Both the position numbers and the translations under genes were made by a program. Of a DNA stretch of 64,000 bases, positions 52,062 to 64,000 are shown piece by piece; positions within the stretch are counted from its first letter, which is position 1, and each line of letters opens with the position of its first letter. The notes beneath the pieces are model-generated. The model did not search any database, was not told the DNA's origin, and saw only the letters and a program-made list of their open reading frames with translations. Origin of the DNA: Camelus dromedarius (Eukaryota); NCBI RefSeq assembly GCF_036321535.1, contig NC_087472.1:92134001-92198000 (forward strand), read 5' to 3'.

Positions 52062-53685
52062 TTTGTAGGTCTTTTTTTCCTCTTTCTTCTTTTTGTTCTC
52101 TTTTCTTACGATTTGATGACTAGAGAAGGTCCTTTAACATTTGTTGTCAAGCTGGTTTGGTGGTGCTGAAATCTTTTAGCTTTTGTTTATCTGTGAAGCT
52201 TTTGATTTCTCCATCAAGTTTGAACGAGAGCCTTGCTGGATAGAGTATTCTTGGTTTTAAGTTTCCCCCTTGCATCACTTTAAATATATCATGCCACTCC
52301 CTTCTGGCCTGTAGTTTCTGCTGAAAAACCAGCTGATAACCTTATGCGAGTTCCCTTGTATATTATTCGTTGCTTTTCTCTTGCTAATTTTAATATTTTC
52401 TCCTTATTCTTAATTGTTGTCAATTTGATAACTATGTGCCTTGGTGTGTTCCTCTTTGGGTTGATTCTGTGTGGTACTCTCTGCGCTTCCAGGACTTGGG
52501 TGACTATTGGGGAAGTTTTCAGTTATTGTCTCTCCAAAAATTTTCTCAGGTCCTTTCTCTCTCTTTTCTTTCTGGGACCCCTATCATGCGAATATTAGAG
52601 CGCTTCATTTTGTCCCAGAGTTCTCTTAAACTATCCTCATTCCATTTTATTCTTTTTTCTTTTTTCTGTTCTGAAGTAGTGATTTCCACTAATCCGTCTT
52701 TTAGCTCACTGATCAGTTCTTCTGCCTCATTTAGTCTATTCTTGGTTCCTTCTAGTGTGTTGTTCATTGCAGTGATTTTATTCTTCAACTCTGTTTGAGT
52801 ATTCTTTATAGTTTCCAACTCTTTGCTAAAAACTTCACTCTGTGCATCTATACTCCTCTTGAGTTCTCTGAACATCTTGGCCATCATTACTTTAAACTCT
52901 TTCTCAGATAAATTACCTATCTCCTCATCACTTATTTCTTCTTCCAGGATTTTATCTTGTGCCTTGGTCTAGGAGATATTCCTCTGCTGCCTCATATTGT
53001 CTATCTTTCTATGTGTTTGCGGATTCCTTCCACAGGCTTTGGGATTATTGTTTTCTTATTTCTAGCATCTGCCCCTGGTGGATGAAGCTTATGCAGGTTT
53101 CCTGGTTGGAGGAGCCAACACCTGCCCACTGCTGGGTGAAGCTTGGTCCTGGACCTCTGGTGGGTAGGGCTGTGTCTAGAGGCCTTTGTGGCTCAGGAAG
53201 TCTGATGATGGGTGTGGCAGTGTTCCCACCTTGTCTGTTGCTTGGCCTAAGGCTTCCCTACAGGTTGTTGGGTGGGGCTAGGTCTTGGTGCTAATGATCC
53301 AATCAAGATGTCAGCCTCCAGGAAAGCTCATGTAGAGGAACACTCTCAGAATGTCTGCCACCAGCTTTTATGTTCCCTGAATGAGCTGCAGCTGTCCCCT
53401 GCGTCCCCAGGAGACCTTCCAAATCCAGCAGGCTGGTCTGGCCCAGGTTCCTAAAAAATCACTGTCTCTGCCCTTGGACCTGGTGCACGTGAGTTTCCAT
53501 GTACGCTTCTGAAGTGAATGGAGTCTCCATTTCCTCCAGTCCTGTGGGGCCCCCCGAACCATGCCCTCCTGGCCTTCAAAACCAGATGTCCTGGAGTCTC
53601 TTTCTCTTCCCAGTGCTGGGACCTGAGCTGGGGAGCCTGACATGGGGCTTAGAGCTCTCATTCTTGTGGGAGGGACGTTGCAACT
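52062..53685 (-). mobile_element. L1 5' UTR and decayed ORF1
   Basis: ORF1p coiled-coil/RRM-start peptide 52546-52887 (NTLEGTKNRLNEAEELISELKD...DSLRELWDKMKRSNIRMIGVPE); GC-richer 5' UTR at 53050-53685. Confidence 0.93.
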
Positions 53686-53699
53686 AAACAAATCTTCAG

Positions 53700-53885
53700 C
53701 TGAAAGTTCTGGTCTAGATGGCGGAGTGGTAGGACCAAGAGCTTGCCTTTCCTCGCGACTACAATTAAACCACAACTGAATGCTAAACAGCCATCAAAAA
53801 AAGACTGGAACCTAACAAAAAAGATCTTATGCAACTGGAAACATAAAGAGGGAACCACAGCAGGACAGTAGGAGAAGCGTGCTCA
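53700..53885 (+). mobile_element. extreme 5' end of L1 (YY1-type agatggcgg start), opposite orientation to the adjacent UTR
   Basis: ctagatggcggagtggtaggac...aaaaaagactggaacctaacaaaaaagat...gtaggagaagcgtgctc. Confidence 0.8.
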
Positions 53886-56469
53886 AGTAATAATTTCAAT
53901 ATGTATGTATTATGTACTTTCCAAATTGTTATATGATTACATTAAGCATGCTACATTTCTATTACCAATCCATTTATTTTGAATAAGGCATGCCATTTTA
54001 TTATATTCCTACCATGAATCTCACTCCACCAAATTTTATTTATATGAAAGGAATCACCTAAGCACATATTCCTAAACACATTTAGTTTATAGCAATCTAG
54101 TATATACATATGTAATATATAGAAATATAGCACAAGTATATAGCGATATAGTAAAACTGTATAGGTTAACGGATTTATTTTGAGAAAGAGGTAGTTACTT
54201 CTAATGGCAGGTCTCTTGCCCTTCTCATAGTCTCTTCAATATTTTAAATCAGTGACATGGATAAAATCAGATGGAATAATTATGCAATTTATCAGTCACG
54301 TGAATCTGGATGGGTTACCGAATAGAGGATAAAAGTATAAAAACCCAAAAGGATCTTGATGAGGCGAATTGAGGCCTAATAACAGCACAAATTTATCAAT
54401 AATAAAATATACTCTATACTTGGATCCCAAAACATAAAAGGTACAAAAACAAGGTAAAGAAGATATGATTTGGGATAAAAATAAAATTAAGTAGCAGCAG
54501 CAGCAGTAGTAGTAGCTGAGTTTGGTTTTAATTGAGTATAAGCACAATTATTTTCAGCAGGATGATGAAGCTATGAAATACTGGGAAACGTGAACACAGG
54601 TTGCCTTTCCAGAAAATACAGTAACTCTACTGTAGTGAGTATAGTCTATTGTGGAGTACAAAGATAAGACAATACCTGTCTATTCCTTCTGAGGCACATA
54701 AACGAACCATGGCTCATACAGAGAAGAACGGGTAGGATAATAAAATAACTCAAATATGGGTTGTATTTTTAAAATATTTTTAACATCTACAACATATCCA
54801 GTATTGTGCTAGGTATTAGAGAATAAAGATCTACTCTTGCTATGAAGAAATTTATAATCTAGTATCAAGAATAGGAGAGTAAAGAAGAAATGATAATGGT
54901 TATATTGAGGCAGTTCTTAACTCAATACAAGAACTTTCTACCTTTCAAAACAGTCCAAAGACTGTACCTCATTGGAAAGTAATGAGTTCCCTTTTACCAG
55001 AGGTTTTCAAGCATAATCTCCATGGACATAGATCATCTGACTTGACTAGAAATGAGGGGATTCAAGAATCAGATATCTGTTATCTTCAAGCCCCTTTGAG
55101 ATTTAATCCTATATATGAATTCAGTAGGAGGAGAGATCAGGCTCAAAGAAATTTCACAAGACCTGGGATTGTAGTCAAACAGGATTCAGATGTTTGGTGA
55201 GGAAAAGGGATACTATTATAAGCCAACAGTATAAGCATAGCTATGGCTCTGGGAATGTGTAAGATAATTTTGATGAGAATGAATAACCCAGTATGAGTAG
55301 AAGATGTCTATGTTGGAAAGTAACAGGATATAAGTATGGTATGCTAACTTGGACTCTAGAAAGAATGTAAGTTTCTTGCTGCAGGTTACATCCCATGCTG
55401 AGCAAAGACTTAGTATAAGGAAAGTGAATGTTTGCAGTGAAGGATGTTGCCCTGCTTTTTATAAGGCGAGTTTACAAAGAAGGTAACCAAAGCAGGGATG
55501 CTATTCGAAGACATGTTTGGTCTAACTGGAGATTTTTCTGATATTTGAACAAAAGTAAAATCATGAAATTAAGAAACAAGTCATGCACAAATGATTTAAA
55601 CTTCAGAGCAAGTTAAAACAATGTGTCATTGGAAAATACGAAACTCTAGAACAAAAGCCACCTTTCACAAGGTTTTTTGTTGATTGTACCTCTGATTTTG
55701 TTCTCTTTTTCTCTTTCCTTATCCCAGAACTCTGTGGGGAGCCAGTGTCCTCCATTTAGCCTCTCCCATTTTTCAAAGTAAATACGTATTTCAGAGCTAG
55801 AGTAGAGTACTATCTCTGAAAATACACAGAAGAATAAAATATATCACAAATTCAATGAGTAATAACAGAATAATAAATATTTCCTTAGGTGCTATTATCT
55901 AAACTATGTGTTAAGGATGTTAGAGTGACTGTTTTACAAATTTCTGCCATTCAGCCATTAATCCAATATGCAGAAATCCAATAAATTAAATGCAGTACTT
56001 TACAGATCCACATTTGTAGTTCACTTACTACCTAATTCTAATAATGGTAGAAATCATATTCTGTTTTCTTCAGTTTAAACTGACAGTAATTACTATGAGG
56101 GATCCCATTGTCTTCTACAGTTTACTCTTGACATTTTATTTCAGTTTTATGAAATGATGATTGACTGTCAAATTATTTCCAAGATTACTCTAATTCATAA
56201 TGAACAGATCATTTTTCATGACTTCCAAAAAGAAAATTAGCCTAACTGATTTAATGAAAATGCTGGCCAATCTCCACAATATTAAAAAAATGCATTCAAA
56301 TGTCCTATATATTCTTTTTATCATTTTTACATGGATAGTGGTGGTGGTGGTAAGAGCACATGTGTGTTGCAGGGCAGGCATGGGTGGGTGTGCCTGTGCA
56401 CATTAGCAGTATTTATCTCTTTACTAAGTAAGTGGTCAAATGCCAGTTTTCCTGTTTAGCATCTGGGTT

Positions 56470-57052
56470 TTACAGTATGGGCTCTGGGGTTAGACAGACT
56501 TGGATTCAAATAATTTTCCACCACTTACTGGTTAAAACAATTTACCTTTCTCAAAGTCACTTTGCTGAATCTGGGAAATTAGAACAATAAAAGTACCTGC
56601 CGGTGATGGCCAGATTTATGTGACACTATAGCTACACCATAGACCTTAGTCAATCAAACACTAATTCAGGTGTTGCTGGGAAGGCATTTTGTAAATGTGA
56701 TTAAAGTCTACAACCACTTAACTTTAAGCAAGGGAGAATATCTTAAGGAACAGAGCTGAGGCTCCCCTGAAGAAGAAAAAAGTCTCTCTGTAGACTACAG
56801 CTTCAGCTCATGCCCAAGAATTCTAGCCTGCCCTTCTTGACTGCCTGCCCTGCAGATTTTAGACTTGTATAGCCAGGCCCCAAAATTGCTTAAGCCAATT
56901 CCTTGTAACAAATCTCTTAATATGTATTTCCTACTAGTTCTGTTTCGCTGGTTGAGCCCTGACTGATATGCTTACCACAGCTTTTTTTATGAGGATGACA
57001 AACCTAGTGACTGGCATAAAGTTGTATGGCAAGTACGTAATAAATGCTAACA
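56470..57052 (+). mobile_element. MIR interrupted by an MLT2 LTR
   Basis: MIR head gggctctggggttagacagacttggattcaaat...ccacttact to about 56600; MIR resumes at about 56970 (gaggat...cctagtgactggcataaag...aataaatgcta). Confidence 0.75.
56602..56969 (+). mobile_element. ERVL solo LTR (MLT2D-like)
   Basis: gtgatggccagatttatgtg...tcaaacactaattcaggtgttgctgggaagg...ttctgtttcgctggttgagccctgactgata. Confidence 0.88.
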
Positions 57053-60000
57053 AAAACTTTAAAGAATTTTAAAAAGTACAGGTTACCCTCCCAATTCATA
57101 GAGAGTACCTAGAAATCTCCGGTCCTCCACCAATCCTACTTTTGCTTTTGTTTTTCCTTTTGTAGAGACTTATTCCATGCCATACTGGCTGATTTTAAGG
57201 GCTTTATGATGATGGACTCACCTCGGATGTCTTGACCTTCAGTTTATGAGAGTTCAGTATTCTCAGAGGAATTTAAAATCATACTGGACTTTTTAAAAAT
57301 TCAACATAGATGATATGATGCATTCAGAATTAATTTGTTTCCTTTTTTCCTTTGACTACAAGGAGGCTCAGAGCCAAATATAGAACTCATTTAGCTTCAG
57401 CAAGCCTACTGTATATAGCTGACAGATAAAAAAATTTACATTTTAGAAACTATGCTACAAAAATATTTTCATTTCATAATAATCGAATTTAAGCTAGCCT
57501 TTTCAACAGACACCCTTCTTTTGAGAGACAGTAAACCCATACCATGGCTTAGGTTACAATGATTTTTACCTTATAGTTCATATAAGATTCAAATTCACAA
57601 ACAGCAAGAAGCATCCACAATCCTAGGGCCAAATGTTAGATACTTGGATGCAGTACACTTGAGTTGGGATCAGGAAACCACTCATTTACACGTGTCTTGT
57701 GTGCATTCTTGGTCAACAACCAAAAGCACCCTTGCCTTTCTGCAGGGCAGAGCAATAAACCCAGATAACTAATTTTTTTAAGATGAAAAATGTTGAAAAT
57801 AAACAATGGGGGAAGGGGGTTGATTGTAGAATAGAGACAAGATTTATGTTGTCAAAATTGTTCTCTGTGGGAAAATGATTCTTACAGTCCCTGAATCTTA
57901 ACAGAGTTTCTAAGGAAACAAGTTCTCTTCAAGTATAAGTTGTAGGGTTTACACTGATCTTGTACAGACTAATCTCCAAATGGTTCCTGGCCAGAGAAGC
58001 TAAGCTTAAAACAAATCAATAAAATGCTCAAATAATATAATTCTCAAAAAACTTTCCTAGAAAAATTTAAAGATTGTAAGTGTTATCAGGATTGGAACAG
58101 CCATAGCTAAAGGCTATTTTTATGTCAAATATCGTATCTAGAAACTTGGGCTTAAAATTGTCAGTAGAGAAACTAACAACAGATTAGCTAGCTTGTTGAA
58201 CAAACTATTGTTACTACAGAGAATAGAAGCTTTTGAGGGTGTCATATCCTTTGAGTCCTCCCACGAATATTATACATGTAGCTTTCTTAAGAATAAACAG
58301 GAAAAGATTATAATCCAACAGGTAAAACAGAATTAAAGCTGTTGTTAAGTTTGTTGAATGTAGGTTTTAAAATTACCTACATTATTTTGAGAAAGCAAAC
58401 AGAGAGCCAACTCAACAAAGTCTGGGGAGATAGTTGTACTAGGATTATATACTGATTACATTAAGGCTTCCACTTTTAAAGGCGAATGATAAATGGACTG
58501 AATTATATATTTGTATTTGTGTTACATACTTGTATTTTCCCTACAGCCTAAGACTGTGTGTCCTGCAATGAATCCCATCTGATGCATGTTTAATAGCAGA
58601 AAAAGTGAATAATAGTTCTAGGAGAGGATCCAAAATGCATAAAACATAAACATTATCTTCAACAAATTTACAAGGCTGAAATACATACTGTACTAAAACT
58701 TTATGAATAATAATTTTTTTTAAAAGTGCGGCAACAAAGCCTTGTTAAAACTCGTAATAGCCAGAGAAGCCCATGAACACTTGAATCCACTGACCATGAA
58801 TCTATAACTGGATTGGCTCTCACTACGAAGCACAATTCTTTGATATAAATGTCCATTTCTTAGTTAAACACGTCATCAGACTGGCCAACACACAAACTAT
58901 ATCCAAATCCTTCCAGATGCAATGACAGACTGTTATATTTATATAGCTATGGAATACATCACGCATGGAATTCAATTAGCACTGATGATTTTCAAGCCTA
59001 ATGTTTTGGGGACCTCAGATATTATTTTTAGGAATTTTTCTTTAGAATAACATTTTATAAAATAATAAAATTAACCACTAACATTTTTACATTCCCAAAT
59101 CACTTGTTGTTTCAGTTGATACAGAATCCTTATGGTTTGATTCTTAATTTTTTAATTCTTACTGAATTTAGCTCTGCTTTGCAACTGTTAATTATAATTT
59201 ATATGATGTATATTCAACAAAATTTACATTTTTCTTCTCAAGATAAATGGTTTTCTCAAGAGATATTAGCATTTAATAATATTCTTAATGCCAAAATATG
59301 CAACCTAGGCATATCCAGAGAGAAACTTTTAAGATGGCTTTATGTAAGTAAGTAAATAAATAAAATGTTAAATAAAATAAAATAATAGCATGCTTATTCC
59401 AAAATTTACAGGACAAGATCTTATGGTGTTAATACAAATAGTACAGACAATAGATTTTTAGTGAAGTATTCAACATGTGTGCACCTAACCTAAGGTATAT
59501 TCCACATGAACTAATTTTTAAAATGATAAAGACTAAAGGTAAAGGGGAAAAAAAGAACAACAAAGCCAAAATTAGTTAAAGAATTGGACAAAAGAGAAAA
59601 TGAATGAATTCATTAAGAATGACAAAAGAAGTGGACTAGGTTTAAATAATGGAATAAAGAAAGAAATCAATAGAGATTAAAAGAAGAAAACAGGAAAGGA
59701 AAATAAGAGACAAATGAGAGGACAACAAAAAGAAATGAGGTAGAAATGAAACAAGTGTTAGTGATATGTAATAGGCAAGGTAAACTGTAGAGCCTTTGCA
59801 GGAACTGTACCCCCACCCACTGTTTGCAGCCACTCAAGAGCACAGAAGGATGGAACCTGGGCATGTCACAGACAGGGGTGAAAGGGGCCTCATCTCTTGA
59901 AGCAAAGGAAATGTGGACTGACAGAAAAATCATGACTGTCAAGGGGAAAATAACAGAGGAACTCAATCTTTATTGATATAAATGACTATTTTTTGACTGA

Positions 60001-63000
60001 ACATGTCACCGTGGTTAGTGCCTTTGGCAACGGCAAGCTTATTTGCCTGCAAAGGAGCTAATAAGAAATTTTCCAGTGGCTTCTCTCTAAACTGTTTTAG
60101 TGTCTGTTTGTCTGTCTGTCTCTCCTATTTAAAGAGTTTTGAGAAAAAGCCCATGTCAGAAGATTCTGACAGTTGTTAGCTTTATCCTTCATTACCCAAA
60201 CACTTGGTTCTGGTAGCTATTAAACCAAGTAGGATCGTCAAATTTAAGATGATCCAATTAGCATTTAAGATAGCATACAAACAAAACTAGTTTTAAAATA
60301 CAATGCAATTAATGACATAATGTATCTTCTTAAATCATTACATTTTCCCCGGAGTCAGTAAAGAGTGACACAGTTTTTAGTTGGAAGGAAATTAGTCAAA
60401 GAGATGGTTATCTATTTTTCATATGGAAAATAACATAAGCTATATGAAGAAAAACAAAAGGCTGCATAAATAGACACTGAAAATGAGTTCAGTTTATGAA
60501 GAAATTATAGCTATGTCAATGTTAGAAAACTGACATTGATGAAAAATAATATAGTGAAATATTCTTAACAAACTAATGGAGGAAAGACTCTCTGAAAAAA
60601 TAATAATTGCTATGTAGCTGCTACATGCAAGAATATTAATTACTGTCAACATCTAGTCTTCCCTCAATCGTCTCATAAAGTTAAAAGAAGTAGCCACTCT
60701 TAATTAGCAAAATAAACTTAAATGCTGTTTTAAAGATGTTGAAAATTGTTGAATGGATATAACACGGGATAAAGTTGAAATGTCTACAAACCTAGGAGTT
60801 AAAAAAAAAATTAAACAGGACGAAAGCAGACAAACAGGAAAAGCCAATAAGAAACCCAAAAGAGGCTTTGCCACATGTTAGTGTTATTCTGTATGTGATC
60901 CAGTGTTATTTGATATTTGAGGATGTCTGCCTAATCAATTTCTTAGTATACTTTTCCTCATTTTTTTCTATTCACCTAAGTACTATTACCAAAACTGTAG
61001 AAATACAGTATAGCCCTGAAAGACAAAGAATAAGACTGCTTCGAAAAACTGCTTAATTGTGGTCTCTGATAGTGAGACAGCAAAAGGTATATGAAATAAC
61101 TGATGATGAAATACAAGATTACATTTCAGAGCAAGCTATGAAAGGGAAAATTTTAAACTCTAACTTGTGATCAATGAACACTGGGAATTAGAAGTATAAC
61201 AAAATAAAAATATGGTTAAAATTAAAGGTAGAGTTACTTTTTAAAACAAAAAACCTTGGAAATTACATTAGCACTTAATTTGAATCTGTGACTTGATAAA
61301 GATCAGGTCTCAAAGAGAAGACAGATGAAGAGTAATTAGAAAAGTAAAAGACTCTATATTTGAGGAAAGATATTTAACATTTGAAGAATTCTTAAAAATG
61401 GAGAATAATGTATTAATGTGGCAGGTAAGGTAGAGGCATAAGGGACTCCAAGTGTGAGAATTGCATAATTATGAAAGAGTAAATGACAAAATACATATCT
61501 TTTATAAGAAATGTTAAAGAAACATCCACTTTATATGGTCTTTTAATGCATACATAAAATCCTATATTAAACAGTGATCGAAGCATGGGAAATTCTACAT
61601 CTAACTTGCAAATCAGTTTTAAGTAAATCAGAGGCCTGCAAGGCTTTTTTTCTAAAATGTATGAAGAAATTTGATAATGAAACTATGGAATTTACTATCA
61701 AGATACATAATTTAGGTTGAAATAGGGGAGCTCATCAAAATAACTCACATTATCGGGATTATGTTGTCTCATGCCTTATGAGTCTACCACTGCGTATCCA
61801 GAATATTGAAGAGTCTGCTGTTTAAAAGTATAACTATTTCCCAAACCATATGAAAACCAGATTTCATTTCTAAATAGAGTATTATTTGAATTTCCAATCA
61901 CTAGGAACTTAGGAGAGGTGTTTATGGCCAGTCTGTTTCAACTATCAAATTGTAAGATTTTGGAGCACCAGGAATTTGTACTAGTGCCTCCTCCTTTCAA
62001 TGGTCAATAGCGAAAATTTCATTTGGTATTTTTCTCAATAAAGAAATTCATATAAATGAATGAATAAAGACGGAGAGAGTTCTACTAAAATGAAAAAGAA
62101 TTAAGTCTTACGTTACACTATGTGATTTAATTTTATCACATTATGGAGATTTTAATGACAAAAATACACTTTTAGTTCAGGAAATTTTAATATTCTATGC
62201 ATAGGAACTACCTTATACAAAGGTAAAAGGTAAATTTAAAAACTTTGAGTGGACTTCTAGTTACATTAACAACAAATATATGAAATTTGTTATCCAGAAT
62301 GAATATAAGTACATTAAAATATAGTTTCTAACGAAAGTTAAATAAAGGTTAGGCATGGTCACAGCTGGGGTAGGGACAACTGCTAAGCTCACTAGATGTT
62401 GAAAAATAGAAGGTCTTTACATCTGCCTAGTTAGGGACTGCAGGAAAAAATCTGCAGTTATCATGGAGAATAGATCTGGAATCAAGGGCTCTAAATCAGA
62501 ACTAAGAAGACCTAAAGCCTGTAAACAAGGCAAAAGTGGGAGAAATAGGGAATACTGACCGCTAGGCTATTGGCTTGCCATACCTCATCTCTAAGGCACT
62601 ACAATCCCTATTTGGAGGTGAGTGAAAGAGATCTGGGCTTGAATGGTGGAGACAGCAACTTCGGCTGGGAATGGAGGCCTGGTCTGGAAAGACAATTCAA
62701 TGTAAAGTTCCATTAGCCTAGGTATGGGACTAAGACATAGAGGCTTAAGACTGACAAATCCTACTGTATTCTGGGTCCTACTTCTACTGTCTTTGCCTTA
62801 AACTATTCCATGACCTGAACCTATATACCTTTTGAAATAACAACAACAAATGTTTTACAGGTACCTGGGTATTCTCCTCTTATTTTACCTAAATATATAC
62901 ATAACACCATTTAATATTCATTTTCTATAAATTAAAAAAAATCTTATTTATATTTTCAAACCAAATTTGGAGATGTCAGATCAAGTCACAAGGAACAACC

Positions 63001-63639
63001 ATGAAGACAGGATAGAAGAAGAAATAATAAGGCACTTGCAATTGATGTCTTTACTAGATAGGTAGATTTAACATATGGGAATGGGAAATTGAAAGACATC
63101 AATGACTAAAGTTTGGAGTAAGAATAGTGTTTATGTTTTGCAGTGTTCCATAGCCCCCAAAGACTTGAATGTTTCTTTTAAAAACCTGAAATGTACTTTT
63201 ATATGGATCTTTGAGCTCTTCTGAATTTTCACAGGTTAGAAAACATTACATTAGTGGACTGAAACACAGGAACTCAAGCAGTAAGACACAAGCAAAATTA
63301 AATGGAAATTGAGGCCTAATGAAGCATAGTCGAAATAAAGACAGTATAAAATAAGCATTCGAACAAAAGTTAATCAACAAAATGAAAATTGTTTTCCTAA
63401 GAATGGAAAAAGTAAAGCTAAGTTAAAGTTTTTACATTTAGGAGGTTTAGGCCATATAGCTTTCTTAAGCCCATCTAAAGGGATTTCACTGAAGAGACAC
63501 AATACAAGAAGTTAGTCTCCTTAAGGCACTACTTAGACTAGATACTGAGAGGAACAAATCTAGGAACCTCATTAAGTTTAACCTGTGTAAGAATACTCAC
63601 ATATAACAGCATTAGAAACATCAAGTAAGTATACATGCT

Positions 63640-64000
63640 TTGTACCCCAATGTTCATAGCAGCACTGTTTACAATAGCCAAGACATGGAAGCAACCTAAA
63701 TGTCCATCAACAGATGATTGGATAAAGAAGATGTGGTATATATGTACAATGGAATACTACTCGGCCATAAAAAAGAAATAATGCCATTTGCAGAAACATG
63801 GATGGACCTAGAGATAATCATACTAAGTGAAATAAGTCAGACGAAGACAAGTATCATATGATATCACTTACATGTGGAACTAAAATAATGAACTTATTTA
63901 CAAAACAGAAATAGACTCACATAGAAAACAAACTTATGGTTAACAAAGGGAAAAGGTGGGGGAGGAATAAATTAGGAATTTGGGATTAGCAGATACAAAC
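63640..64000 (+). mobile_element. L1 3' end, continuing past the window edge
   Basis: tgtaccccaatgttcatagcagcactgtttacaatagccaagacatggaagcaacctaaatgtccatcaacagatg... Confidence 0.95.

Noticed and set aside
52959..53858. Cluster of GC-richer ORFs
   Set aside because: They lie in the L1 5' UTR, where higher GC content lengthens chance ORFs
1..64000. CRISPR array, prokaryotic operon, rRNA or viral coding genes
   Set aside because: No regularly spaced repeats, no dense ORFs, and no rRNA or gag/pol/env motifs; the content is typical mammalian non-coding DNA

Overview
AT-rich, repeat-dense mammalian genomic DNA. It is most likely camelid (camel/llama/alpaca), judged from two tRNA-derived SINEs of the Vic-1 type and several young L1 3' ends. 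No intact protein-coding gene, RNA gene or CRISPR array can be recognised. Nearly all longer ORFs in the track are L1 ORF1/ORF2 remnants, their antisense frames, or microsatellite translations. Much of the window is interspersed repeat: L1s of several ages, L2, MIR, MaLR/ERVL LTRs, MER5 and MER8. The best-supported unusual observations are (1) a 349-bp perfectly identical tract shared by two otherwise diverged, inverted L1 copies 8 kb apart, each still bounded by its own TSDs, which suggests gene conversion; (2) a twin-primed 5'-inverted L1 with a short extra 3' segment; and (3) a scrambled L1 at 50.9-53.9 kb. The most interesting but speculative observation is a chain of phase-compatible minus-strand exon candidates from about 40.4 kb down to 2.7 kb. 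It reads like a decayed gene for a signal-peptide plus immunoglobulin-like protein that I cannot name. Repeat subfamily names come from recalled consensus motifs, and repeat boundaries are approximate unless a TSD is given.
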